Shown: positions 35,559-44,697 of the stretch, one piece after another
Position numbering within the stretch: the stretch's first letter is position 1
Layout: every line of letters begins with the position of its first letter
NCBI GenBank assembly: GCA_041191865.1
Contig: JBEEOB010000010.1
Location: 2,306 to 66,305 of the forward strand
From: Bacteroidota bacterium
Lineage (GTDB): Bacteria > Bacteroidota > Bacteroidia > Cytophagales > Spirosomataceae
Length of the DNA: 64,000 nt
Reading direction: 5' to 3'
Notes under the pieces: generated by a model
The model's input: only the letters and a program-made list of their open reading frames with translations
Database searches by the model: none
Told to the model about the DNA's origin: nothing
Position numbers and translations under genes: made by a program

Positions 35559-38117
35559 TTATTTTTTCTTTTTGATGATTTCTTTAATGCGTAGATTTCT
35601 AAATTTCAACGGAGATCCATGTCCTAAAAACCCAATATGGCCCGTTTTGTTTAACAAACCTGGATGTTCTTTATGGTCGGGCGTTCCGTCTTTAGTCGCT
35701 TGAACAATATCGCCATCGGTGATCACTTCGCCATTCAAAATCACTTTGATGTGGTTCCCTTCCGCGATAACCTCTTCCTCATTCCATTCCCCTACAGGTT
35801 TCAGGAATCCCTGCTTCGCTGGAATGATGCCATAAACAGACCCGTGGTATTGATACGGTTGTAATTTGGCATACATGGGTGACGTATTGTCCAAAATCTG
35901 TAATTCCATGCCTACATAAGCAGCATCCCCCTCAAGTGGTGTGCGAATCCCGAGGCCGTTGTTTGCACCGGGCGTCAACTGAAATTCAAATTTCATATGA
36001 AAATCGCCATATTCCTTTTTGGTATACAAGTTTCCGTTCCCTCCGCGTTTCGGATCAACCACCAATTCGCCATTCACCGGCACATAATCTGTTGTATTTC
36101 CCGTCCACTGAAACAAAGAAGATCCGTCGAACATCGCCTCAAAACCCAGTTCCGCTGGGTTATAGGCTGGCTGAGGTGTCAATTCTTTCACATAAATATT
36201 GCGATAAACGATGTGGTTTCCATGCGCCTGCAACTCAATCGCATCCTTGATAAATATCGGGATTTTACGATCCCAATAATTTTCCAAAATCACATGATCT
36301 ACGACCAATTCCCCATTCAAATACACCGTAACGCGTTCTCCACGCATGGTGATGCGAAACGTATTCCACGTTCCTACCGGATTATCCGCAACTTTCGTTG
36401 GATTTTTGGGATTGATTTGGTTGTTATACAATCCTCCAGATCCCACTTGTGCACCTACATTCGTTCGCGCAATATCCCAAATCTGCACTTGAGGAGAACC
36501 ACGTAAATATAACCCAGCATCCCCATCTTTTTCGATTTTCCAATCGATATACAAATCAAAATCTTGGTAATCTTTGACCGAACACAAATTATCGCCGTGT
36601 CCCGTAAAATGGAGCTCCTCTCCTTGGGCCAACCAGCCTTTGCGCATGATTGAATCCGCTTTGATTTGCTTCATGGCCAAGGTATCGGCAGAAGTCTTCC
36701 GTCTTTTGACAGGATTGTCGACTAACCCTTTCCAACCGCGTAAATCAATTCCATTGTACATGGTGTAAAAACCTCGACCTGGATTGCTTTTCATCACCTG
36801 ATCCCGAATCGCGGCATCCGTGATTTGCCACTGATTTTCCAAAACCCACTCTTTCGTCATTTGACCTTGAAAATCGGCATTAGCAACATACAAAGCGGCT
36901 AATCCATCCACGGCAATTTGCTTGATATTCGGTTCTTTTAAACCTAGGTACAAGGTGCGCATGGCCGACAATGAATTACATTTCGTTAAGCCTTTGTATA
37001 TCTGCTCACGTGTATCGAGATTTTGTGTCAATTCCAATGCATTGCGGTAACGCAATACTTGTTGGTCTACATTCGAAAACGCCTTCCCGTTAATCCGAAC
37101 AAAAGCACGTAAGGCTTCTTCATTGTGATTGGCCAACGTATACAACCAACCTAAATTGGATACTTCTTGAACGAAGGGTACCCAATTCGATTTTTGACTA
37201 GCCGCAGTGGCATAAGCAGAGATTTTACTATTGCGTGTCCCGTCCTGTTTAATGAGTTGGGCCATGCAATTTTGCAAGGCTTTGATTTCATTAGGCAATT
37301 GAGCCATGGATAATTTCTCGGCAATCAGATCAAAATCTTTTAATTCAATCCAATATGTCAATGCCTCAAAACCAGCAGCCCTTTCGGGATGATTCGATTG
37401 CACCGCGCGCCAAACCAAGGATTTTACTTCTGGCCATTGTCGGCCGCTGCCATAGGTCAGAAGGACTGTTTTTTGTGCTGTGCTGGCTTGATCATACTTC
37501 TCGAGCTTCGATTTTAGGAATGCGTTTGCTGCCAACGTTGTGGTGAAATCCGCAATTTTTTGGGCGTCCACTGGGTTGGATTTCAACATGTCCCAAACAA
37601 CTGGTAAACCCTTCGCACCTTGAACTTTCAGTTGGGCAATAAGCTGCTCCGTTTTGAAATTCGAATTTTGAATGAGTGGCAAGGCCCAAGCTGCTTTATA
37701 GATCCCGACAGCAGTAATGAAGGCTTTTTGATGCGCAGCATCCCAGGATTTGAAGGCGATATTGGTACGTGGTTTGGCCAATAAGTGTTTTAAAATAAAG
37801 GCTGTGACCTGTGGTTTTGCTTTCGGAAATTGAGCAAGCAAGATGCTTTCCTCTTGTTTGGCAATCAAACCAATGAGTTGGCATTGTGTCGCCTCCGGCA
37901 AGTCGGCTCTCAAAAATGCTTTTAATTCAGTGATGTTTTTGGCATTCGCCAAAATAAAGGCTTCTGTTGCCTGCGTGGGCTCGTAGAGGCCTTTACTTGC
38001 ATAAGCAGCCGCTTTTAATGCGGGGCTTGCTCCCTGCGTGCGAAAATTCAATTGTTGTTCTCGGGTGCTTTGTGCGAACGCCTGCAAACTGATGAAAAGA
38101 ATGAATAAATATTTCAT
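35559..38117 (-). CDS. Tandem DUF1080 (3-keto-glycoside hydrolase/lyase) protein with helical N-terminal region
   Basis: Two DUF1080 domains (YNGIDLRGW...IELQAHG; FDGSSLFQW...GHIGFLGHG); signal peptide; HEAT-like helical N-half. Confidence 0.85.
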   Translation of the reverse strand: MKYLFILFISLQAFAQSTREQQLNFRTQGASPALKAAAYASKGLYEPTQATEAFILANAKNITELKAFLRADLPEATQCQLIGLIAKQEESILLAQFPKAKPQVTAFILKHLLAKPRTNIAFKSWDAAHQKAFITAVGIYKAAWALPLIQNSNFKTEQLIAQLKVQGAKGLPVVWDMLKSNPVDAQKIADFTTTLAANAFLKSKLEKYDQASTAQKTVLLTYGSGRQWPEVKSLVWRAVQSNHPERAAGFEALTYWIELKDFDLIAEKLSMAQLPNEIKALQNCMAQLIKQDGTRNSKISAYATAASQKSNWVPFVQEVSNLGWLYTLANHNEEALRAFVRINGKAFSNVDQQVLRYRNALELTQNLDTREQIYKGLTKCNSLSAMRTLYLGLKEPNIKQIAVDGLAALYVANADFQGQMTKEWVLENQWQITDAAIRDQVMKSNPGRGFYTMYNGIDLRGWKGLVDNPVKRRKTSADTLAMKQIKADSIMRKGWLAQGEELHFTGHGDNLCSVKDYQDFDLYIDWKIEKDGDAGLYLRGSPQVQIWDIARTNVGAQVGSGGLYNNQINPKNPTKVADNPVGTWNTFRITMRGERVTVYLNGELVVDHVILENYWDRKIPIFIKDAIELQAHGNHIVYRNIYVKELTPQPAYNPAELGFEAMFDGSSLFQWTGNTTDYVPVNGELVVDPKRGGNGNLYTKKEYGDFHMKFEFQLTPGANNGLGIRTPLEGDAAYVGMELQILDNTSPMYAKLQPYQYHGSVYGIIPAKQGFLKPVGEWNEEEVIAEGNHIKVILNGEVITDGDIVQATKDGTPDHKEHPGLLNKTGHIGFLGHGSPLKFRNLRIKEIIKKKK

Positions 38118-38122
38118 GAGCA

Positions 38123-39379
38123 TTAAAGGATATAAGGTGCACGCATCGGTTGATTAATCAGGCTATTCGCCTCTGGATCACCGATGAATTCTTGTTTAAT
38201 GGGGTCAAATTTCAAGTTGCGGTGTAAGCGCATCGCGATTAAGCCCATGTTGATGAGTGTACATGAACGATGTCCATTTTCTTCATTCAATGCAAATTGC
38301 GTTCTATTCTTAACCGAGTGAACAAAATCCATTTGCTGGGCTGGTGGCTCGGGAAACTCGGCTAATTTGCGTTCTAAATCCGGAATATCCGATTTAAAAT
38401 TGCGGTACAATTTTCCTTTGGGACCTTCGATGTAGGCCACTTTTTCATCTTTAGCTTCACCGTCCAAGACGATTTGGCAACCATCCGCATAGGTATAGGT
38501 AATGCGATTGAAGATTCCGACGGCATCTTTGTCTTGTACGGGGGCATCTACTTCAACGTAAACTGGGCTTTCATTGTCTTTGCCCAACATGTATTGAATC
38601 GGATCCATGTAATGTTGACCCATATCACCCAAAGCGCCGCCATCGTAATCCCAATAACCGCGGAAGGTTTGATGGGTACGGTGAACATTGTAGGGTTTAT
38701 AGGGCGCAGGTCCCAGCCAAGCGTCATAATCTAATTCAGGAGGAACGGGCTGTGGAGTCAAATCTGTTTTGCCTACCCAATAGAATTTCCAATCAAAACC
38801 GGTGTGTTTGCTTACGGTAAATTTCAATGGCCATCCCAAAAGTCCTGAATCCACTAATTTCTTCATGGGTTTCACGGGACAATTCAATCCGTAAAAATTT
38901 CCTTCAAATCTAAACCAGGTGTTGAGGCGGAATATCCGACCGTGTTGTTGGATAGCTTCCTTTAATTTTTGCCCCTCTCCGATTGTCCGTGTCATGGGTT
39001 TTTCACACCAAACATCTTTGCCTGCGCGTGCTGCATCTGCGGCCATAACGCCATGCCAATGTGGCGGGGTGGCTACGTGAACAATATCCACTTCAGGGAG
39101 TTGGATCATTTCACGGTAGTCGGAGAAGGCTTTCACACCTTTCTCCACTTTGTCTAAACCGAGTTGTAGGTTTTTCTTATCGACATCACACAGCGCAACA
39201 ACTCTTGTTCCTGCGTATGGAATATGCCCGCGGCCCATGCCGCCGGTACCGATGATCGCTTTGGTGAGTTGGTCTGAAGGTGCAATAAAGCCTTTACCAA
39301 GCACATGGCGGGGTACAATGCTGAAAGCTGCTAAGGAAAGGACGGATTGACCCAGGAATTTTCTTCTTGAAACAGACAT
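38123..39379 (-). CDS. Gfo/Idh/MocA family oxidoreductase, Tat-exported
   Basis: SRRKFL, IIGTGGMG, ATPPHWH, CEKP, WLGPAP, DMGQH; start at ATG 39379. Confidence 0.9.
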   Translation of the reverse strand: MSVSRRKFLGQSVLSLAAFSIVPRHVLGKGFIAPSDQLTKAIIGTGGMGRGHIPYAGTRVVALCDVDKKNLQLGLDKVEKGVKAFSDYREMIQLPEVDIVHVATPPHWHGVMAADAARAGKDVWCEKPMTRTIGEGQKLKEAIQQHGRIFRLNTWFRFEGNFYGLNCPVKPMKKLVDSGLLGWPLKFTVSKHTGFDWKFYWVGKTDLTPQPVPPELDYDAWLGPAPYKPYNVHRTHQTFRGYWDYDGGALGDMGQHYMDPIQYMLGKDNESPVYVEVDAPVQDKDAVGIFNRITYTYADGCQIVLDGEAKDEKVAYIEGPKGKLYRNFKSDIPDLERKLAEFPEPPAQQMDFVHSVKNRTQFALNEENGHRSCTLINMGLIAMRLHRNLKFDPIKQEFIGDPEANSLINQPMRAPYIL

Positions 39380-39423
39380 AGTTTGAATAGGTTTACGTCC
39401 CAAGATAGGAAATTTTTCTGATA

Positions 39424-39456
39424 GACGCTGCCGGGGTCTGCGACCCCGGCAGCGTC
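39424..39456. repeat. REP-like GC-rich palindrome, copy 1
   Basis: GACGCTGCCGGGGTC-TGC-GACCCCGGCAGCGTC perfect 15-bp stem. Confidence 0.85.
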
Positions 39457-39565
39457 ACCCCAAACCACCCTCAAAGTACTGCAAAACAAGCCAAATTATC
39501 AGCTTTAAATGAAAATAATCAAGTTCCTGAATGAATAAAGGGGTATCTTTCGCTTCGAAAAAGTT

Positions 39566-39600
39566 GACGCTGCCGGGGAGTCTACGACCCCGGCAGCGTT
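39566..39600. repeat. REP-like GC-rich palindrome, copy 2
   Basis: GACGCTGCCGGGG-AGTCTACGA-CCCCGGCAGCGTT, same family as 39424-39456; abuts the lutC stop. Confidence 0.85.
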
Positions 39601-40097
39601 CAACTTCTGATGACAACGGTTAAACTACGTGCGCCGTGCGCACCAATCACGAGCGATTGCTCTATATCTGCGGTTTTTGATGGACCGGCTAAAAACAAAC
39701 CAAATCCCGATTTCACTTCACCCAAACGTGCATATGCCGCATGCATCGTAGGTACAATCTCGGAAACATTTATCACCAAATGTTGGCAAATAAACGGAGC
39801 CACCCGATGTGGCAATGCGTCCTCCGACAACCAAATCGCTCCATTCTCCGCCACCCCAAATTCTCCATCAATCTCCAGTACCTCCACTTCCGCTAAACTC
39901 AATCCATCCAAAGTCGAGTCATAGCGCCGCCGACCCGGAAAGGTTATTTCTAATTCTTCAGGTGAAACAACACGTGCCCCCACCACTTCCAGCGAAGCGC
40001 GAAAATCAAAATCCTCCGAAGCCCCTAAAAAAGCGCCGGGATGTTTGACAGACTCTTGCGACCCTATTTTTCCTAAAATTTGCTCTCTTGCGCTCAT
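39600..40097 (-). CDS. lutC: Lactate utilization protein C (LUD domain)
   Basis: GVAENGAIW, AGPSKTADIEQSLVIGAHG. Confidence 0.88.
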   Translation of the reverse strand: MSAREQILGKIGSQESVKHPGAFLGASEDFDFRASLEVVGARVVSPEELEITFPGRRRYDSTLDGLSLAEVEVLEIDGEFGVAENGAIWLSEDALPHRVAPFICQHLVINVSEIVPTMHAAYARLGEVKSGFGLFLAGPSKTADIEQSLVIGAHGARSLTVVIRS

Positions 40098-41437
40098 CGT
40101 TTTTTATACCAGTCTTGAAAACTCTCTTTGGGTGCCACCGGCATTTCACGCTGTTTGTACCAAGGATTTAAACGTGTATTCAGTACACCCGCAAATCTGC
40201 GCATCAGCGACCCTCCCATCCAATAAACCACCGGATTTGATAAAACAAAGGCCATCAATTTCATCCCAATCGACTTAGAAACGGGCGCTAAACCCGCCTC
40301 CATCAAATCTTGTCGCCAAAACCACAATTGCTCATGAATATTAATCTTCACCGGACAAACATTCGTACAAGAGCCACAAAGCGTCGAGGCAAAAGGCAAA
40401 TCAGCATTGGCTTTTTTATCAATATTGGGGGCAAGAATAGAACCAATCGGCCCGGCAACCGGCTGGTGATAACTATGACCCCCACTCCTACGATATACCG
40501 GACAGGTATTAAAACAAGCCGCACAACGAATGCATTTCAACGAATTCTTGTATTTCGGGTCGGCGAGCTGACGCGTCCGTCCGTTATCCAATAAGACAAT
40601 GTGCATCTCCTGCCCTTCACGAGGCTTATGAAAATGTGACGAATACGTCGTAATTAATTGGCCCGTCGCACTGCGCGCGAGCAGTCTTAAAAAGACCGCA
40701 AGATCTTCTCTTTTGGGTATAATCTTTTCAATTCCCATGCAGGCAATATGAACCTTGGCCAAATGTGCACCCATATCCGCATTCCCTTCATTCGTACAAA
40801 CCACAAATTCGCCTGTCTCAGCCACTGCAAAATTCACGCCAGTTATCGCAACTTCCGATGCCAAAAAATGCCCCCTGAGATGTTGGCGTGCCGCTTCCGT
40901 CAAAAACTGCGGATCCTTATTTCCTTTGGGAGTTCCTAAATGCTGGTGAAAAGTCTCCCCTACATCCTCTTTCTTCAGGTGAATCGCAGGCAACACAATG
41001 TGACTTGGGGCTTCATTTCTGAATTGTACAATGCGTTCTCCTAAATCAGTATCTACGACTTCAATGCCTTTGTTAGCTAAATAATCATTGAGGTGACACT
41101 CCTCGGTCAACATGGATTTGCTTTTGACAAGGACTTTCGAACCTTGTGCTGCAATGATGCCATGAACAATCGCATTATGTTCAGCTGCATCAGCCGCCCA
41201 ATGGACTTTGATCCCGTTCGCTTGAGCTTTGGCCTCAAATGCCAACAAATAGTCCCCTAAATTTGCTAAAGTATGATCTTTGATTTGTGATGCATGCTCA
41301 CGCAATGCTTCCCATTCCGGCAAAACCTTAGCGGCTTTATCGCGTTTCTCCCGCACAAACCACAAGGTCTCATCATGCCAATCAGTCCGCTCAGCATCCG
41401 CAATAAATTTCTCCGAAGCCTCCGCGTGATTACCCAT
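40094..41437 (-). CDS. lutB: Lactate utilization protein B (Fe-S)
   Basis: KSKSMLTEE, TDLGE, NEGNA, CIRCAACFNTCP, STLCGSCTNVCP. Confidence 0.92.
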   Translation of the reverse strand: MGNHAEASEKFIADAERTDWHDETLWFVREKRDKAAKVLPEWEALREHASQIKDHTLANLGDYLLAFEAKAQANGIKVHWAADAAEHNAIVHGIIAAQGSKVLVKSKSMLTEECHLNDYLANKGIEVVDTDLGERIVQFRNEAPSHIVLPAIHLKKEDVGETFHQHLGTPKGNKDPQFLTEAARQHLRGHFLASEVAITGVNFAVAETGEFVVCTNEGNADMGAHLAKVHIACMGIEKIIPKREDLAVFLRLLARSATGQLITTYSSHFHKPREGQEMHIVLLDNGRTRQLADPKYKNSLKCIRCAACFNTCPVYRRSGGHSYHQPVAGPIGSILAPNIDKKANADLPFASTLCGSCTNVCPVKINIHEQLWFWRQDLMEAGLAPVSKSIGMKLMAFVLSNPVVYWMGGSLMRRFAGVLNTRLNPWYKQREMPVAPKESFQDWYKKR

Positions 41438-42143
41438 GATTCAATATTTCTACGATGTGTTTCACTTGAACCTTAGAACCTTGTCGGCGCAATATCCCTT
41501 CCATGTGCATCAAGCACGAAGTATCCGCTCCTACGATATACTCAACTGCATTTGCCGCATGTTCTTGAATTCGATCCTGCCCCATTTTCACAGACACAGC
41601 TTCTTCCGTGACACAAAATGTCCCACCAAAACCACAACACTCATCCTCACGTGCAGGCATCACGACTTCGACACCCGGTACAAGTGCTAATAAATCCTGT
41701 AATTTCGAAAAGGGTTTTTCGTTGCGCTCCGACATCGAACTTAAACGTAAACCCCGTTGCCCATGGCAACTTTGATGTAATCCGACCCGATGTGGAAATT
41801 GAGCAGACAAGGAAGTCACCTTCAAAACATCCGTCAAAAATTCACAAATCTCATAAACAGAATTCCTGATTTTCTCGGATGGATGATGCTCTTTCAAATG
41901 CAATACGCAAGATCCCGATGGACCCACGATGTAATCGAATCCTTCAAAATTATTGCTAAAATTCGTATCACAACCCGCGGTCGAAGAGGCAAAACCCGAA
42001 TTGGCCATCGGCTGACCGCAACAAGTTTGGTCTTTGGGAACGACCACTTCGCAGCCGAGTTTCTCCAGCAATTCCAAACTCGCCACCGCAACTTGCGGGT
42101 AGAATTGGTCAATGTAACATGGAACAAACAGGGCAACACGCAT
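41430..42143 (-). CDS. lutA: Lactate utilization protein A (CCG-domain Fe-S protein)
   Basis: LFVPCYID, QTCCGQP, ECCGFGGTF, SCLMH; start at ATG 42143. Confidence 0.9.
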   Translation of the reverse strand: MRVALFVPCYIDQFYPQVAVASLELLEKLGCEVVVPKDQTCCGQPMANSGFASSTAGCDTNFSNNFEGFDYIVGPSGSCVLHLKEHHPSEKIRNSVYEICEFLTDVLKVTSLSAQFPHRVGLHQSCHGQRGLRLSSMSERNEKPFSKLQDLLALVPGVEVVMPAREDECCGFGGTFCVTEEAVSVKMGQDRIQEHAANAVEYIVGADTSCLMHMEGILRRQGSKVQVKHIVEILNHG

Positions 42144-42144
42144 C

Positions 42145-43428
42145 CTAATATCGTTGTAATTCAATTAAGTTCTTGGGGATTTCCCCCTCATAAACCATCA
42201 ATGCAGCACCCAAAGCACTGGCTTGGGCTACTTCTGCGGCATAAACGTCAAGCGAAGGAAAGGTACGAGCCAACAAGCGCATGTACCATTCATTTTTACT
42301 AAAACCGCCATCTACTAGCAATTGTTTGACAGGTGCATCTTTCAGCAACAAGTTCAAACTAAAGATTTGTTGGCCGACCAAATCTACCATGAATTGATCA
42401 TACGCGGAAGCCAAATCCGTAAAATCATTCAAATCGCGCGTAGCAAAAGCACTTTCAAAAACAGATGAACTTAAAGGTTCCAATGAAAAAACACGTTCTG
42501 AAAATCGCAAATCCTTGTAAGATCCGCCAAAATGCTTTTCCATGCGTGCCACTTGTTCTTCATGAAAATGCCCACCAAACAAACGTGAAGCCTTGATAGG
42601 TTTCCCGTTTGGCTGTAAATAACACAAGACATCATTAGATAACTCTGCCGCCGTCAAGGGTGATTCATTGAAAGGATGCATGGCGATGCACCAGGTTCCA
42701 GTCGATAACAAAACAAACTCCTCATCCACCGACCGCAAATAAGGAACCAAGGCCGCAGAGGAATCATGAAGACCTATGCCATAATTGATTCCATCAATTT
42801 CTAAACAAGCATTATTCGAAATAGGAGCTAAACGATCTGCAATGTTAGCCACCCACGGATGATATTGCCTTAAATCAAAATCCCAAAGCGCCGTATGACA
42901 ACCAATCGATGTAATCTCGGATAAGAACTGCCCCGTGAAAAGAGAAGCCAAATAATTCGGAAAATGCAGGGCCTTAAAGACTTCCGGCCAGAAAAAACGA
43001 TGCATGCTTTCATACACCTGTAAACCGGAATTTAAATTTCCTAAAATAGGCGATGCCGTCTTACGTGCAAATTCCGCCTCCCCACCAAAATCATCATAGG
43101 GAAAAGGCGTTGAAACAGGTTTTAAATAATTATACAGCGGTGCTACAGGCTCCCCCATCCGATCGACATAAACAAACGAAGCACCATAGGCAGAGAAATT
43201 CAAACCGATAAGTTCGAATTCAGGCATTTGGCATATCTCTGTAAAAGTCGACACAATCCACTGCTGAAGCGATGCCAAATCTTCACAGGCAAAACTGTCC
43301 TCATCGACAATCTCATCAAATGTCTGCTGTTTTTCAAACACAATCTCAAACGCAGTATTCCACAGAAAGACCTTTTTATTCGTCTTCCCAATATCAAATA
43401 CAGCGATTACAGGTGTTTTTACGCTCAT
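42145..43428 (-). CDS. FGGY-family carbohydrate kinase (probable L-rhamnulokinase)
   Basis: FDIGKTNKK, GLHDSSAAL, LSTGTW, VDGGF; lies within the rhamnose operon. Confidence 0.8.
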   Translation of the reverse strand: MSVKTPVIAVFDIGKTNKKVFLWNTAFEIVFEKQQTFDEIVDEDSFACEDLASLQQWIVSTFTEICQMPEFELIGLNFSAYGASFVYVDRMGEPVAPLYNYLKPVSTPFPYDDFGGEAEFARKTASPILGNLNSGLQVYESMHRFFWPEVFKALHFPNYLASLFTGQFLSEITSIGCHTALWDFDLRQYHPWVANIADRLAPISNNACLEIDGINYGIGLHDSSAALVPYLRSVDEEFVLLSTGTWCIAMHPFNESPLTAAELSNDVLCYLQPNGKPIKASRLFGGHFHEEQVARMEKHFGGSYKDLRFSERVFSLEPLSSSVFESAFATRDLNDFTDLASAYDQFMVDLVGQQIFSLNLLLKDAPVKQLLVDGGFSKNEWYMRLLARTFPSLDVYAAEVAQASALGAALMVYEGEIPKNLIELQRY

Positions 43429-43431
43429 AAC

Positions 43432-44697
43432 TTACAAACCCGTCGCGACCGTTTTCGCACCACGTGCCTTGATTAATTGATCGCGCATTTTTTCCTGACG
43501 AAACAAGGCAATCGGATCTAAAGCGCCACCTAATTCCAAACGTGCTTGTGCAACCAAAGCGCGCACATCCGTACGGAATACGGCCTGCAAAATCTCTTGG
43601 CAACGCACCACATCATTAGCCTCTCTTGCAGCTTCCAATGCGGCACGATCTACTAATAATGCTTGTGCATAGGCGATTTGAATGGCTTCCACGGATTGCA
43701 ATAAATCTTCCAATGGATCCTTTACATTGTGTGAGGCATCAATCATCCATCCTAAATCTTTGGCATGATTCATTCCCTTCGCATCCATTCCGTCAACTAA
43801 CTCATTGAAAATCAAGAACAATTGATAGGGTTTGATCGAACCCGCTGTCAAATCATCGTCCCCGTATTTCGAATCGTTGAAATGGAAACCGCCCAATTTA
43901 CCTTCCATCAAGAGAATGGAGACGATTTGCTCAATATTGGCATTCGGCAAATGGTGTCCTAAATCCACCAAAGTCTTCGCCTGCGGTCCTAATTTATTGA
44001 CCATTGAATAGGAAGCACCCCAATCACCTACCGTTGTCGAATAGAAGTTGGGTTCATAGGCCTTGTATTCCAAATACAAAGACCAGTCGGCCGGCAAAGC
44101 CGCATAAATCTCCTTTAAACTATCCACCGTGCGCTCATAGGCGTGACGGAAGTTCAACTGGCCAGGAAAACAAGAACCATCTGATAACCAAACTGTTAAA
44201 GCTTTTGAACCAAGTTCTACCCCATGTTTAATCACTTGAATGTTGTGATCGATTGCCTGTTTCCGAGTTGCCGCAGAAACATGCTGCAAAGAACCAAACT
44301 TATATGATTGTGCCTGATCTGCTTGATCCTGAAACGTATTTGAATTCACCGCATCGAAGGCCAAACCGTGTTGAGCTGCGAGCGTACGTATCGCCGCTGG
44401 GTCCGTTGGAATATCCCAAGGAATATGCAAGGAAATCGCCCCAGATGATTGATTCAGCGCGTGAAGTAAACCCACATCTGCTATTTTCTCTTCTAAATTA
44501 CGCGGTTCGCCTCCGCCGGAGAACCGACCGAAACGAGTTCCCCCAGTACCCAAGGCCCAAGATGGAATCGCGATTTGAAAATCTTTTAATTTTTGTAAAA
44601 TACCTGCGGGCAAATTCACCTCGGATTTCAAGAAATCCAATCGGCGATTATGCTGGGCAAGCAATGCTTCATTATGGTTCGAAATATTCATCATCAT
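43432..44697 (-). CDS. rhaI: L-rhamnose isomerase (RhaI type)
   Basis: PSWALGTGGTRF, LHIPWD, NSNTFQD, EYKAYEP, DLGHH, HFNDSKYGDDD. Confidence 0.88.
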   Translation of the reverse strand: MMMNISNHNEALLAQHNRRLDFLKSEVNLPAGILQKLKDFQIAIPSWALGTGGTRFGRFSGGGEPRNLEEKIADVGLLHALNQSSGAISLHIPWDIPTDPAAIRTLAAQHGLAFDAVNSNTFQDQADQAQSYKFGSLQHVSAATRKQAIDHNIQVIKHGVELGSKALTVWLSDGSCFPGQLNFRHAYERTVDSLKEIYAALPADWSLYLEYKAYEPNFYSTTVGDWGASYSMVNKLGPQAKTLVDLGHHLPNANIEQIVSILLMEGKLGGFHFNDSKYGDDDLTAGSIKPYQLFLIFNELVDGMDAKGMNHAKDLGWMIDASHNVKDPLEDLLQSVEAIQIAYAQALLVDRAALEAAREANDVVRCQEILQAVFRTDVRALVAQARLELGGALDPIALFRQEKMRDQLIKARGAKTVATGL

